Shown piece by piece: positions 22,461-32,057 of a stretch of 64,000 nucleotides of DNA. The notes below the pieces were generated by a model. It did no database searches. It was not told the DNA's origin and worked only from the letters and a program-made list of their open reading frames with translations. The position numbers and the translations under genes were made by a program. The DNA is from an uncultured Chthonomonadaceae bacterium (GTDB lineage Bacteria > Armatimonadota > Chthonomonadetes > Chthonomonadales > Chthonomonadaceae): assembly GCA_963817895.1 (NCBI GenBank), contig CAWFQB010000005.1:128001-192000 (forward strand), given 5' to 3'. The stretch's first letter is position 1. Every line of letters begins with the position of its first letter.

Positions 22461-22722
22461 ACCTCACCCCCGGCCCCTCTCCTGGCCGCGCAACGCGCTA
22501 GGAGAGGGGAGCGAAAGTGTTAGCGTTGTTGGTGAACCGTTCCCTTTCTGCGTAGAAAAACGTTTTGATGATGCAGAAAGTGTTCAATTTAGTTCTCGGT
22601 TCAAGTTGTTTATGCTTCAAAATTACTGGCCGTAGTCAGTTTTGATGATGCAGAAAGTGTTCCGTTTAGTTCTCCCCTCTCCTAGCGCGTTGCGCGGCCA
22701 GGAGAGGGGCCGGGGGTGAGGT
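22461..22722. mobile_element. REPIN/MITE-like element: 51-bp perfect terminal inverted repeats enclosing a 36-bp direct repeat pair
   Basis: 22461-22511 is the reverse complement of 22672-22722; gttttgatgatgcagaaagtgttc..tttagttctc at 22562-22597 and 22639-22674. Confidence 0.7.
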
Positions 22723-24536
22723 CACAACAGGCTCCTCGTAAGAAAAAGGGTATAGAGGCGGCAGCGGGGGCGCATGTCTGCCGGGGTATCTCCGACCATG
22801 ACGCCCGCGCTGCGCAGACGGTAAAAACTCTCGGCGGACGGTAGAGCCTGCCCGCGCAGCAGACTCCGAACCACTTCCATCAGGTCGGCATCCTGCCTGA
22901 GCGCAAGCAGCATCCGCTCCAGATGATCGCCGAAAATGCCGTCGTCGCGCTCCGCCTGCGCTTCGATGGCGGCAATGTCAAGTCCTCGCGCCTTCATCTC
23001 GTGCAGGGCGCGTCGAACCAGATAGGGATGCCCGCCCACAAGATCGAAAAGATGGGCTACTTCCGAATTGCCCGCAAGCGGCGTCCCGTAACGCCGGTTG
23101 AGATCGGCTGCCTGCTCCGCTGTCAGGTCGCCGAGCGCGACGCATGTGCCGACATTGAAGGGCAATTGGTTCAGGTCGGTGATGAAAAGCCGCGCTTCGG
23201 TCGCATACGCCATTACCAGAGTGAGGCGGCTGATTGCGCCCTCCGGGTCGAAAGAACGCTCGTTGTACCAGGCGCGAAACAGTCCGAACACATCGTTACG
23301 AAAATCGCAGGGGAAGAGGCGGTCTACTTCATCCAGCCCCCAGACAACCGGCGTGTCCGCTTTGTTCAGTACCGCATTGCGCAGAAACCGCTCGAAGTTG
23401 GCTCCGGCCGCGCGTTCCGGGCTCCACGCCTGCCGGGGAGAAATGTCCAGTTCCAGTTGATCGGCAATCAATCGCGCCAGCGCAAGGAAGAGAGACTCGA
23501 CGGTTTCAAAATCCGCTGCGGCCAATTTCTGTAAATCTGTGAGAATAAGCCGCGCGCCCGCCTGCCGCGCCTGATCCAGCCCGCGAACCAGCAGACTCGT
23601 CTTACCGATCTGTCGGGGGCCTTTCACCAGAACGATGCTGTCGCGGCGGGCAATGGCCGCGCGGAACTCCTCGTCTGCGGGGCGCGGGATGTAGAAGGGC
23701 GATTTGAGCGGAACCGCGCCCCCAACCGGCTCGTAGCCCGTAAAATCCGGCAGCAGTTCTATGGCAACATGCGTCGGTTGCTCCTGCAAGCGGTTATAGA
23801 GCGCGGTCATATCGGCAGGGGGTTCCAGCCTGCCGCGCCGGTAGAGATAGTCCCGATAATGCGCGTAAACGGTCATCGCTTCCAGCCGTTCGCCGCCGTC
23901 CGCAAGCGTGTCCATAAGCTGACGCCAGCCCAATTCCAGTTTGGGCATCTCAATCACCAGCCGACGCAGATAGCGCGCGGCGGCGGTGTAGTCGCGTTCC
24001 GCATCCGCCAGTTCCGCCAGTTGCCGCAGGGCGTTTACATAGAAGTCACGGTATCTTTCCCGCGCCTTGACAACCCATACTGCATCCCATCCCTCCAGCA
24101 GCGGTCCTTTATAAAGCGCTATAGCCCGCTCCAGCGAAACCCGGTCGCCCTGAGCTATCGCCTGCTCGAAAGCGATAGTGTCCACGAAAACTCCCTCTGC
24201 CCGAAAGACGACGGCCCCGTTTGTGGCTTCAATACGCCGCCCCTCATCCGCAAGCGTCCGTCGCAATGTGCGGACGCTCTGCCGTAGACTGGCAAGCGCC
24301 TTCTCGATTTCGACGGTCTGTGCCTCCGGTTCCGGCCAGAAGGTCTGCGCCAGCAGGTTAGCGCGGATCGCCTGATCCGGGTGCAGGGCGAGAAAGGAGA
24401 GCAGCGAGGCTCCCGAACGCAGGCGCAATTCCGGCAGCAGCTGACCGTTGCGCAACGCCTCAAACGCCCCGAATAACCGAATGGTCAGCGGGCCGCCGTT
24501 TATTTTGTTCTCGGGTATCGCGGGTCTCGAAAACAT
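22722..24536 (-). CDS. SARP-type (wHTH + BTAD) transcriptional regulator fused to AAA_35 NTPase
   Basis: IRLFGAFEA, LLSFLALH, ALYKGPLLEGW, GWRQLM, LEPPADM (BTAD); GGAVPLKSPFYIPR, GPRQIGKTSL, LDEVD. Confidence 0.85.
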   Translation of the reverse strand: MFSRPAIPENKINGGPLTIRLFGAFEALRNGQLLPELRLRSGASLLSFLALHPDQAIRANLLAQTFWPEPEAQTVEIEKALASLRQSVRTLRRTLADEGRRIEATNGAVVFRAEGVFVDTIAFEQAIAQGDRVSLERAIALYKGPLLEGWDAVWVVKARERYRDFYVNALRQLAELADAERDYTAAARYLRRLVIEMPKLELGWRQLMDTLADGGERLEAMTVYAHYRDYLYRRGRLEPPADMTALYNRLQEQPTHVAIELLPDFTGYEPVGGAVPLKSPFYIPRPADEEFRAAIARRDSIVLVKGPRQIGKTSLLVRGLDQARQAGARLILTDLQKLAAADFETVESLFLALARLIADQLELDISPRQAWSPERAAGANFERFLRNAVLNKADTPVVWGLDEVDRLFPCDFRNDVFGLFRAWYNERSFDPEGAISRLTLVMAYATEARLFITDLNQLPFNVGTCVALGDLTAEQAADLNRRYGTPLAGNSEVAHLFDLVGGHPYLVRRALHEMKARGLDIAAIEAQAERDDGIFGDHLERMLLALRQDADLMEVVRSLLRGQALPSAESFYRLRSAGVMVGDTPADMRPRCRLYTLFLTRSLL

Positions 24537-24996
24537 TCTCACTCCTAATCAAGATCATCCACATCAAGATCGTTCGCTATAATTCAGTATAGGCGGAGTT
24601 GAGGCTGTTTTGGTTGCCGGTCACAGTTTCGTCACGGGTTTATTTTCGTATCATTCAGAGCCAGCGCCTCTAAACGCTCAACGCTTGCTTTGTGGTACAC
24701 TATTGGAGAAGTTGAACACTACTCAAAACACGCCGCGCTTCCCGAAACGCCTCTAACTGTAACCTGTTTCGGCGTATGTTGTCGGCGTGGCGGGAAGGAA
24801 ACGCGCGACGATAACACGCTACAGGATAGTTTGTAACGCTTGTTCTTGTTGTCGCGCCCCGGCTGCTCTGTGCTGTCCGGCGGCGTTTTGCGTTTGGCAG
24901 GGTTTCGGCACGAATGGCTTTGGCGATTTGCCGACCCGCGCCCTTTCCATTTTCAGAAGGAGTTTTTTATGGCAACGCAAGGAGAAATGAACCATC

Positions 24997-26115
24997 GTGA
25001 CGCAGCCAACCGCCTTCAATCCTGACGCCGATTCGCTCGGTAGTGATTCATTCGATGTAAACAGCCCTGATTTAGATCAGGAGAGCGCCGAATCGAAAAG
25101 CGTGTTTCAAGAGTATATGCCGCAGGGGGGAATTGCCCTCGAAGGCATCGTCCTGCGCGCGTACAATGGCGCGTATATCATTCAGCCGGCAGGGGACAAG
25201 GACAGCCGCCCCGTCCAGATTCGGTGCGAACTGCGCGGCAACCTGAAAAAAGATTTTACGTTTTCCACCAGCGGCAGCCAGCCCCGCCGCGTGACCCGCG
25301 CCAAACGCTCCTTTTCCTACGATGTCGTAGCCGTTGGCGATCACGTTCGGTTCACGCCCATTGACGCGGAGAACGGCGTTATCGAAGAGGTGTTGCCGCG
25401 CCGTACCCGTTTTGCCCGCTCCTCGTTTCGGGGCCGCGAACAAACCCTTGTCACCAATCTGGATCAGCTTGCCATTGTGTTCGCCTGCGCCAATCCGAAC
25501 CCCGACCTGTGGCGCATTGACCGCTGGATTGTAGCCGCCGAGTCGAATGATCTGGAACCGCTGATTATCGCTAACAAGCGCGACATGGTGGACGAGGCCG
25601 CGTTTCAGGAGTTTTTTGGCGAATTCGCGCGTATCGGGTATCGAGTTATCGCCACCAGCGTCAAGCAGAATATCGGGATTGAAGAGATGCGGCAGGCGTT
25701 GCGCGGGCGCATTTCCGCGTTTACCGGGCCGTCCGGCGTGGGCAAATCCAGCCTGCTCAACGCCCTTCAGCCCGGATTGAAATTGGCAACCGGCGATGTG
25801 GGAACCGTTACTTTCAAGGGCAAGCATACGACAACGGTGCGCGAACTCATTCCGCTGGAAACCGGTGGATGGGTGGCGGATACGCCCGGACTGCGGCAAC
25901 TGGAACTGCTCAACATGTCCCGCGACGAACTGGCGGCGAGTTTCATCGAGTTCCGCCCCTTTCTGGAAACCTCCTGCCGCTTCCAGAACTGCCGCCACGA
26001 CGCCGAACCCGATTGCAACCTGAAAAAAGCCGTCGAAGCCGGGTCTATTGCGCCGCGCCGCTACGACAGTTTCAAATTGCTGGCCCGCGAGTTGAAAGAG
26101 GAAAAAGAGTATTAA
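24997..26115 (+). CDS. rsgA: Ribosome small subunit-dependent GTPase RsgA
   Basis: NKRD, GPSGVGKSSLLN, GKHTTT, DTPG, CRFQNCRHDAEPDC. Confidence 0.95.
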   Translation: MTQPTAFNPDADSLGSDSFDVNSPDLDQESAESKSVFQEYMPQGGIALEGIVLRAYNGAYIIQPAGDKDSRPVQIRCELRGNLKKDFTFSTSGSQPRRVTRAKRSFSYDVVAVGDHVRFTPIDAENGVIEEVLPRRTRFARSSFRGREQTLVTNLDQLAIVFACANPNPDLWRIDRWIVAAESNDLEPLIIANKRDMVDEAAFQEFFGEFARIGYRVIATSVKQNIGIEEMRQALRGRISAFTGPSGVGKSSLLNALQPGLKLATGDVGTVTFKGKHTTTVRELIPLETGGWVADTPGLRQLELLNMSRDELAASFIEFRPFLETSCRFQNCRHDAEPDCNLKKAVEAGSIAPRRYDSFKLLARELKEEKEY

Positions 26116-26116
26116 T

Positions 26117-27181
26117 ATGGAAGGTCAAGGGGATGTGCTGCGGGTGCAGTTGGATGGTTCCTCGGTTGTGGTTCGGGCGTCGGAACCGGAGGACAAATCC
26201 CGCGCTAATATCGTGCGTTGGTCGGCAGGCTGGATTGATCCGCCTACACGCCATCGGACATGGCCGGAAGCGGACGCGGAATGGCAGGTTCGCCACTATT
26301 TTCGCGAATTCATTGCGGAAGTAGACGGCGTTCTGGCAGCCCGCGTTGGATTGGAAGCATACCGGCAGCCGTTTGCCGAACTGATTGACCTGTGCGTTCG
26401 GCCCGATTACCAGCGTCGGGGATTGGGCGAACTGCTGACGCGGCGATGTCAGGAAGAGGCCGCTCTGCGCGGGTTCACGGCCCTGTTTTTACAGACGGAA
26501 ATGGACAATCTGGGAGCGCATCGCCTGTATACCGGATTGGGTTTTGTGCCGACGGCATATGGCAAAATGCTGCGCATGGTGAAGTTTTTGGATTACCCGC
26601 TGATTGCCGCGTTTCAGCGCACGCATCCCCTGTGCCAGTACTGGTGTACGCCTATTCCTGATACGCCCCGCGCGTGGAATCTGGAATGGCACGCCTACAT
26701 TACGGAAGACTATCTGCGCCTGCGATTGGAGGGGGGCGCGTCACAGTCGGACAGCGAGCATAGAGGGCCAGCATTGACGGGGCTTGAATGGCGCGTCGGA
26801 CAGGGGGAACGCAGTCTGCATGTGCAGATAACGCCCGAAGCGGTACATGATCTTGAGCCGGGACACCACGCAGGACTGGAACTGAGCGTCACAAACAACG
26901 GCAAGCGTATGGAGTCGGGTATCTGGCAGATGGTGTTGCCGCCGGGTGTGGTTGTTAGCAGCCCCGCCACCAATCAGGTCAAAGCGTTTACATGGGAAGT
27001 GGCTCCGGGCGAACAGGTCAAACAGTCGCTTGTGCTGCAAATCGAGCCGGGTTTCGACAACAGTCCCCTCTGGTATCTGAACTACGACAGCCTGCCCGTC
27101 TGCTGCGAAACCTTCTGGGACGGCCACCGCGCCATGCTGTCCGTCAGCCTGCCCCTAGCCGTTCCACCCCCAACCGAATAG
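26117..27181 (+). CDS. GNAT acetyltransferase with C-terminal Ig-like extension
   Basis: VRPDYQRRGLG motif A, NLGAHRLYTGLGF; beta-rich C-terminus. Confidence 0.75.
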   Translation: MEGQGDVLRVQLDGSSVVVRASEPEDKSRANIVRWSAGWIDPPTRHRTWPEADAEWQVRHYFREFIAEVDGVLAARVGLEAYRQPFAELIDLCVRPDYQRRGLGELLTRRCQEEAALRGFTALFLQTEMDNLGAHRLYTGLGFVPTAYGKMLRMVKFLDYPLIAAFQRTHPLCQYWCTPIPDTPRAWNLEWHAYITEDYLRLRLEGGASQSDSEHRGPALTGLEWRVGQGERSLHVQITPEAVHDLEPGHHAGLELSVTNNGKRMESGIWQMVLPPGVVVSSPATNQVKAFTWEVAPGEQVKQSLVLQIEPGFDNSPLWYLNYDSLPVCCETFWDGHRAMLSVSLPLAVPPPTE

Positions 27182-27369
27182 AAAAGGAGATTTTCACCAC
27201 CAAGACACAAAGAACACCAAGAAAATACAAGAAGAAAAAGAGTAATTGAATAATAGAGTAATAGAAGATTGCTTGAGATATGGTTATGACGTACCGCCCA
27301 TATTTCTTAGCCTCTTTCTGGTTCTTCTTGGTGTTCTTTGTGTCTTGGTGGTGAAAATCTCCTTTTCTA
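27179..27369. repeat. Long inverted repeat (about 45-bp perfect arms, 9-mer periodic) between convergent genes
   Basis: tagaaaaggagattttcaccaccaagacacaaagaacaccaagaa ... ttcttggtgttctttgtgtcttggtggtgaaaatctccttttcta. Confidence 0.85.
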
Positions 27370-28230
27370 CTGATTGAGTCGTTCGCCGTAGCGGTAGCGG
27401 TCGCGGACTTTGCGGTAGAAAGCGCGGGGGTCGAGGACGATCAGGCGGGTCATGTAGTCGGCGCGACGGATGAGGATGCGGTCGCCGGGATGCAGGGTAA
27501 ACGGGTGAATGTTGTCCACAAGGCACAGGGCGTTGCCGTCTTCCACATCCAGTTTCACTTCGATGAGTTCATCACAGGGGACGAGCAGGGGACGCGCGCT
27601 CAACGTGTGCGGGCATAAGGCTGTGATAATCAACGCCTGCACGGTAGGCCCGACAATCGGCCCGCCACAGGACAGGGAGTAGCCCGTAGAGCCGGTAGGA
27701 GTGGACACGATCACGCCATCGGCGGGAAAGTCGGCAAAGGGCGCATCGCGCAAAAACGTCTGGAAATTCAGCAGGTTGGAGTGGCTGCCGCGAATCAGGA
27801 TTTCGTTCAAGCCGACCTCGAAATACGCGCGTTCCGCATTGCGCCATATCTCGACCTGCACCATCAGGCGCTCTTCGCACTCCATCTCGCCCGCCAGAAT
27901 CCGCTCCAGACAGGCGTAGAGTTTATCGGGGACGGTAGCGGCCATAAATCCGAAGCGTCCCATGTGGACGCCCAGGATGGGTGTGCCATGTGGCGCGGAC
28001 AGATGCGCGGCGGTGAGAATGGTTCCATCGCCGCCCAGCGACAGCACGAAGTCTACCGCAGCCCACTCTTCCGGGCTACAGGCAAGGTCGGGCCGTTCCA
28101 GTTTCCGCGCGGTTTCGTCTTCCAGCGCGACCTGAACGCCCCGCGCATTAAGCCAGGCGATCACTTCGCCGGCAAATTCCCACGCTTCTCGTTTGGCGCG
28201 ATGCGCAATGATGCCAATGCGACGATTCAT
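27367..28230 (-). CDS. nadK: NAD(+) kinase
   Basis: LGGDGTIL, LNE, ADGVIVSTPTGSTGYSLSCGGP, PHTLSARP. Confidence 0.95.
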   Translation of the reverse strand: MNRRIGIIAHRAKREAWEFAGEVIAWLNARGVQVALEDETARKLERPDLACSPEEWAAVDFVLSLGGDGTILTAAHLSAPHGTPILGVHMGRFGFMAATVPDKLYACLERILAGEMECEERLMVQVEIWRNAERAYFEVGLNEILIRGSHSNLLNFQTFLRDAPFADFPADGVIVSTPTGSTGYSLSCGGPIVGPTVQALIITALCPHTLSARPLLVPCDELIEVKLDVEDGNALCLVDNIHPFTLHPGDRILIRRADYMTRLIVLDPRAFYRKVRDRYRYGERLNQ

Positions 28231-28249
28231 AACAGTTGGCCTTTACGTG

Positions 28250-29488
28250 TTACAATTTCACTTTGACCGGCTTGGACTTCTTCGTTGCTTTGGTGGTCCG
28301 TCCCTGCGCTTTCATCTGCTGTTTGATCAATTCCTGAACGCTTTTGGGCGCGCTCATTTTGTTATAATCACCCCGGCCGTTGACATCCTGATACAGCGCG
28401 GCTCCTGCCGGCGGCTTGAAAATAAAGGTTTCCGGCTCCAGTTGGGGCGACAGCGTGAACGTGTTGTCGCTGGTGATGCGAATGTACATCGGCGTACCGG
28501 GCGGCGCGAGCGGATACGGGTCTTCAAAACCGGGCGCGACTTCGGGCTGTTCCAGCGTGTCGGTAGGCGGCGGCGCGGGCGGGCGGGCAATCAGGTCATC
28601 TAAAATATTGTGTTTCGGCGGCGCGGTTGGTTCCTGCGCAATGGGTTTGGTTTCGATCACAAGGCGGCGCAGCAGCGAGTCATCCACGTCAATATAAAAG
28701 CGCAACTCCTGAATTTGCTTTTCGGAAACCGTTCGCAACAGCACCACATCGGTTTGGACGCCGCGCGTGTTTGCCGTTCCCTCGTACTTCACCGCATCGA
28801 ACTGCTCATCCACATCGGCAAAGGGCGTCAGACCCATCATCATCATCAATTCCAGCGTGGAACTGCCTAAATTCGCGACCTTCTGGAAATCGCGCAGAGT
28901 ACGGGGCGCTTTGGTCTGCGTGTACCAGTTCTTCGTGGGATTGTACACCCACAGCGTTTTGCCGTCGCTGAGAGTCGTAGACGTTTTCGCGGGGGTATCC
29001 GCGTCCCCCGCGTCCGTCGTATCCAACCGCAGCCGATTGCCCGCCACAATCAGCCGAACCACATGCCCCATCGGTTTTTCCACTGGCACATGCGGGAGTT
29101 CGAGGGATGAGGGACTGGTTGCCGATTGTGGATTGTGGATTGTGTCCTTCCCTGTGGGTGGACGCCCGGATTGAGTCTCCTCTTCTCCTTTTCTCCTCTT
29201 CTCCTTTTCTTCCCCTGTCCCCTGAACGGGCGTTTGCAGGCTGTAATACTCGGTTTGCTGGTCGAAGTAGGTGAGATGGGTGTAGGCGTCCGTCATCTGT
29301 TTGAGCAGTTCGACAGCATGGGGATCGTGTGCCGCTTTGTGAACCGCCCGCAGTTCGGAAAGCGTTTGCGCAGGCGCGGCAATGGGCAGGCAGCTCACCC
29401 CTGTTCCAACAACGGATAGGGGTAGTAAACCTGAATTCATCAGCAGCAGGCGAGTATAACTACTAGAGCGCATCAATTGTGCCTTCAT
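28250..29488 (-). CDS. Secreted LolA-like (DUF2092-like) protein with in-frame repeat insertion
   Basis: Signal-like N-terminus, SDGKTLWVYNP..NWYTQ, FIFKPPAGA. Confidence 0.55.
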   Translation of the reverse strand: MKAQLMRSSSYTRLLLMNSGLLPLSVVGTGVSCLPIAAPAQTLSELRAVHKAAHDPHAVELLKQMTDAYTHLTYFDQQTEYYSLQTPVQGTGEEKEKRRKGEEETQSGRPPTGKDTIHNPQSATSPSSLELPHVPVEKPMGHVVRLIVAGNRLRLDTTDAGDADTPAKTSTTLSDGKTLWVYNPTKNWYTQTKAPRTLRDFQKVANLGSSTLELMMMMGLTPFADVDEQFDAVKYEGTANTRGVQTDVVLLRTVSEKQIQELRFYIDVDDSLLRRLVIETKPIAQEPTAPPKHNILDDLIARPPAPPPTDTLEQPEVAPGFEDPYPLAPPGTPMYIRITSDNTFTLSPQLEPETFIFKPPAGAALYQDVNGRGDYNKMSAPKSVQELIKQQMKAQGRTTKATKKSKPVKVKL

Positions 29489-29515
29489 CCCTCATCCCTC
29501 ATCCCTGAGTTTCCC

Positions 29516-30106
29516 TCAATCCTCAACCACATTAGCCGTCCACCGCGTATCCGCAACCCCTTGCCGATGATTGGCGCTCCGGGCAATCACGAACAGTAAA
29601 TCAGAAAGACGGTTCAGATAGCTGATGACATCGGGATTGACGGGCGCGTTTTCGGCTTCGGCGCGGGCAAGCGTGACGCAGCGGCGTTCGGCGCGGCGGC
29701 AAACGGTACGGGCATGGTGCAACGCGGCAGCCGCCGCGCTGCCACCCGGCAGAATGAAGTAGGTCAGGGGCGGCAAGCCAGCCTCGTAATGGTCTATTTG
29801 AGTTTCTAAATACGTGACCTGCGCGGCGGAAACGCGCTGAATGTGGATGCGGCCCTTGTGTTCATCTCTGGCTTCGGGCGTGGCAAGATCAGCCCCCACA
29901 TCGAATAGATTATTTTGGATGTGCTGAAGCAGGCTGTCCATAGCGGCATCGGCAGGAGTGACGTGAACGCGAACCACACCTAAAAGCGCGTTGAGTTCGT
30001 CAACCGTGCCGTAGGCTTCCACGCGCAGGTCGTCTTTGTCTACGCGCTGCCCGCCGAACAAGCCGGTTTCGCCGTTATCCCCGCTACGTGTATAAATGCG
30101 CGACAT
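29516..30106 (-). CDS. Cob(I)alamin adenosyltransferase, PduO type
   Basis: RIYTRSGDNGETGL, EAYGTVDELN, FILPGG, RTVCRRAER, YLNRLSDLLF. Confidence 0.92.
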   Translation of the reverse strand: MSRIYTRSGDNGETGLFGGQRVDKDDLRVEAYGTVDELNALLGVVRVHVTPADAAMDSLLQHIQNNLFDVGADLATPEARDEHKGRIHIQRVSAAQVTYLETQIDHYEAGLPPLTYFILPGGSAAAAALHHARTVCRRAERRCVTLARAEAENAPVNPDVISYLNRLSDLLFVIARSANHRQGVADTRWTANVVED

Positions 30107-30195
30107 AAGGTTTGTAGGGTGTGAAATCTGCTGCAAATAACTGCATACAAGGGAAAGCGTTCAGGCAATCCAACCATATTTACCACCGGACATCT

Positions 30196-30338
30196 TTCGC
30201 CATGGGTTGAAAACCCCTGTCTCTATGGCGTTCCGCCAAGCGTCCTACGGACGCAAATGCTTGTTTTCCAGAGGATCGCGTCCGAAGGACGCTTGGCCGC
30301 AGGCCACTCAGACGGGTATTTTCAATGCCCGGCAAAAG
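30196..30338. repeat. REPIN-like inverted pair of double-hairpin units
   Basis: gggttgaaaaccc..gccaagcgtcctacggacgc / gcgtccgaaggacgcttggc..gggtattttcaatgccc. Confidence 0.6.
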
Positions 30339-30391
30339 ATGTCCGATAGTGAGTATGGTTGAACTGCCTGAACGATGCACAGATGAAGGGT

Positions 30392-30655
30392 CTATTTGGT
30401 GCGGAAGAAGTCGGCGTTGGTCTGGATGTAGCCTTCCCACTGCTTGGGAACATCGCTGTCCGCGAAGATGGCGGTTACGGGACACTCCGGCTCGCACAGT
30501 CCGCAGTCAATGCACTCTTCGGGATTGATGAACAGCATGTCGAAACTCTGGCCGTTCTTTTCCACAATGCCTTCGTGGATGCAGTCTACGGGGCAGACGG
30601 ACACGCACGATTTATCTTTAACGCCAATGCACGGTTCGGTAATCACATACGCCAT
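30392..30655 (-). CDS. Dicluster (7Fe-type) ferredoxin
   Basis: MAYVITEPC..KDKSCVSVCPVDCI and CIDCGLCEPECP. Confidence 0.92.
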   Translation of the reverse strand: MAYVITEPCIGVKDKSCVSVCPVDCIHEGIVEKNGQSFDMLFINPEECIDCGLCEPECPVTAIFADSDVPKQWEGYIQTNADFFRTK

Positions 30656-30812
30656 AACGTGTTCTCCTGCGACGCGGCTTGCTATCGGTTCGCGCGGGCA
30701 AAATCGGGACGGTTTTCTTTTGGTTGCGCAGCCGCGTTCGTATTAAAGTATCCCCACTACTATACCCCAAAGCCCGCCGGTTGTATCCACAATGGCGTTG
30801 CAGCGGCGAAAT

Positions 30813-31653
30813 TCATTCTGCGGGGGAATCCGGCGCGGGCGGCTTGAGAGTGTCGGCAACCTCCTGCTCGGCGGCTTCGCGGGCGGTATCGGCAGGCGTG
30901 GGCGTATCCGATTTTTCGTCGTTTGCTGCCGCGTGTTCCTCCGCTTCCGGTGTTGCGGATGCGCCGTTTTTGGCGGATTTAGCGTGTTTGCGCGGGGGCG
31001 GAGGGGGATCGGCGGGTGGGTAGGGCTTGTTGTCCTGCACCGCTTTCATCAGGACTCCAAGCCGTTCCGCGCCGCGCTTCAGGGCTTCGCCGCCCTTTTG
31101 CCCGCCCGTAAGTTCCGCAACCGTGACGGGTGGCCCAAAGCGCACAATCATTTTATGCCGTATCCAGCGCGGTTTCGTTTCGCCGTATGGCATCACAACA
31201 TCCGTTCCTAAAATAATGGTGGGGATGATGGAAACATGGGCGCGTTCGGCAATCAGCAAGGCTCCCGGCAAAATCGGCTGTAACTGCCCCGTTACGCTGA
31301 GTTTGCCTTCGGGGAACATGACCACGCACTCGCCCTTTTCAAGCAGATCGTTGGCGTAGCGCAGGGCCGCTGCGATCCGCCGTATACCGCTTCACGGGAA
31401 AGCCGTGCAGCCAGCGAATCAGCGCGCCGATGTACTTCATCTCAAACAACTCTTCTTTTGCCATGACATAGCAGGCGCGCGGCAGGGCGACGCCAATGGC
31501 GGTCGGGTCGCAATCACTGATATGGTTGGGCGTGACCAGCACGCCGCCCCTCGACGGCACATGTTCGCGGCCTTCAAAGCGGATGCCGCCAAATATAAAA
31601 AAGACGATCCGCAGCAATGTCCACATAATGGGGCGCACAATCCAGAACGGCAT
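30813..31653 (-). CDS. plsC: 1-acyl-sn-glycerol-3-phosphate acyltransferase, frameshift near 31370
   Basis: NHISDCD, MAKEELF, FPVKR, then FPEG in the second frame. Confidence 0.85.
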
Positions 31654-32057
31654 ATCTGACTCCAGAGACGAGTTGATAGTTGATAGTTGATAGTCGAAGG
31701 CGCATTGTTTCGCGTGGCGCATGATATTGAGAGTCGTGTGGCAGACAGTACCGTCGACTATCAGCTATCACCTTTTCTCCCTCATTCTAGCATATCCCAC
31801 TGGGAAGCGCATGGGGCAAAAGTCCTGATTGCGCTTGCATTTACTTATATTGAGGGGAAAAATACTATATTTGGCCTGTCACGAAAGACCAACTTATACA
31901 GTATAATTTACCTAAATGCCAATTTTTGGTCGAACAAATATGAACGCAACCGCCTGAAACAAATTTCATGTTGTTTAATTAACATTTGGGAGGAAATACC
32001 TTGTATTGTCGGATCCCCCTGTGCTTCTCCTGTATGCGCGTGTCTTCTATCGCAATA

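Noticed and set aside
22562..22674. CRISPR array (36-bp GTTTT repeat, 41-bp spacer)
   Set aside because: Only two repeats, not palindromic, no leader or cas genes in the window, and enclosed in a REP-like element
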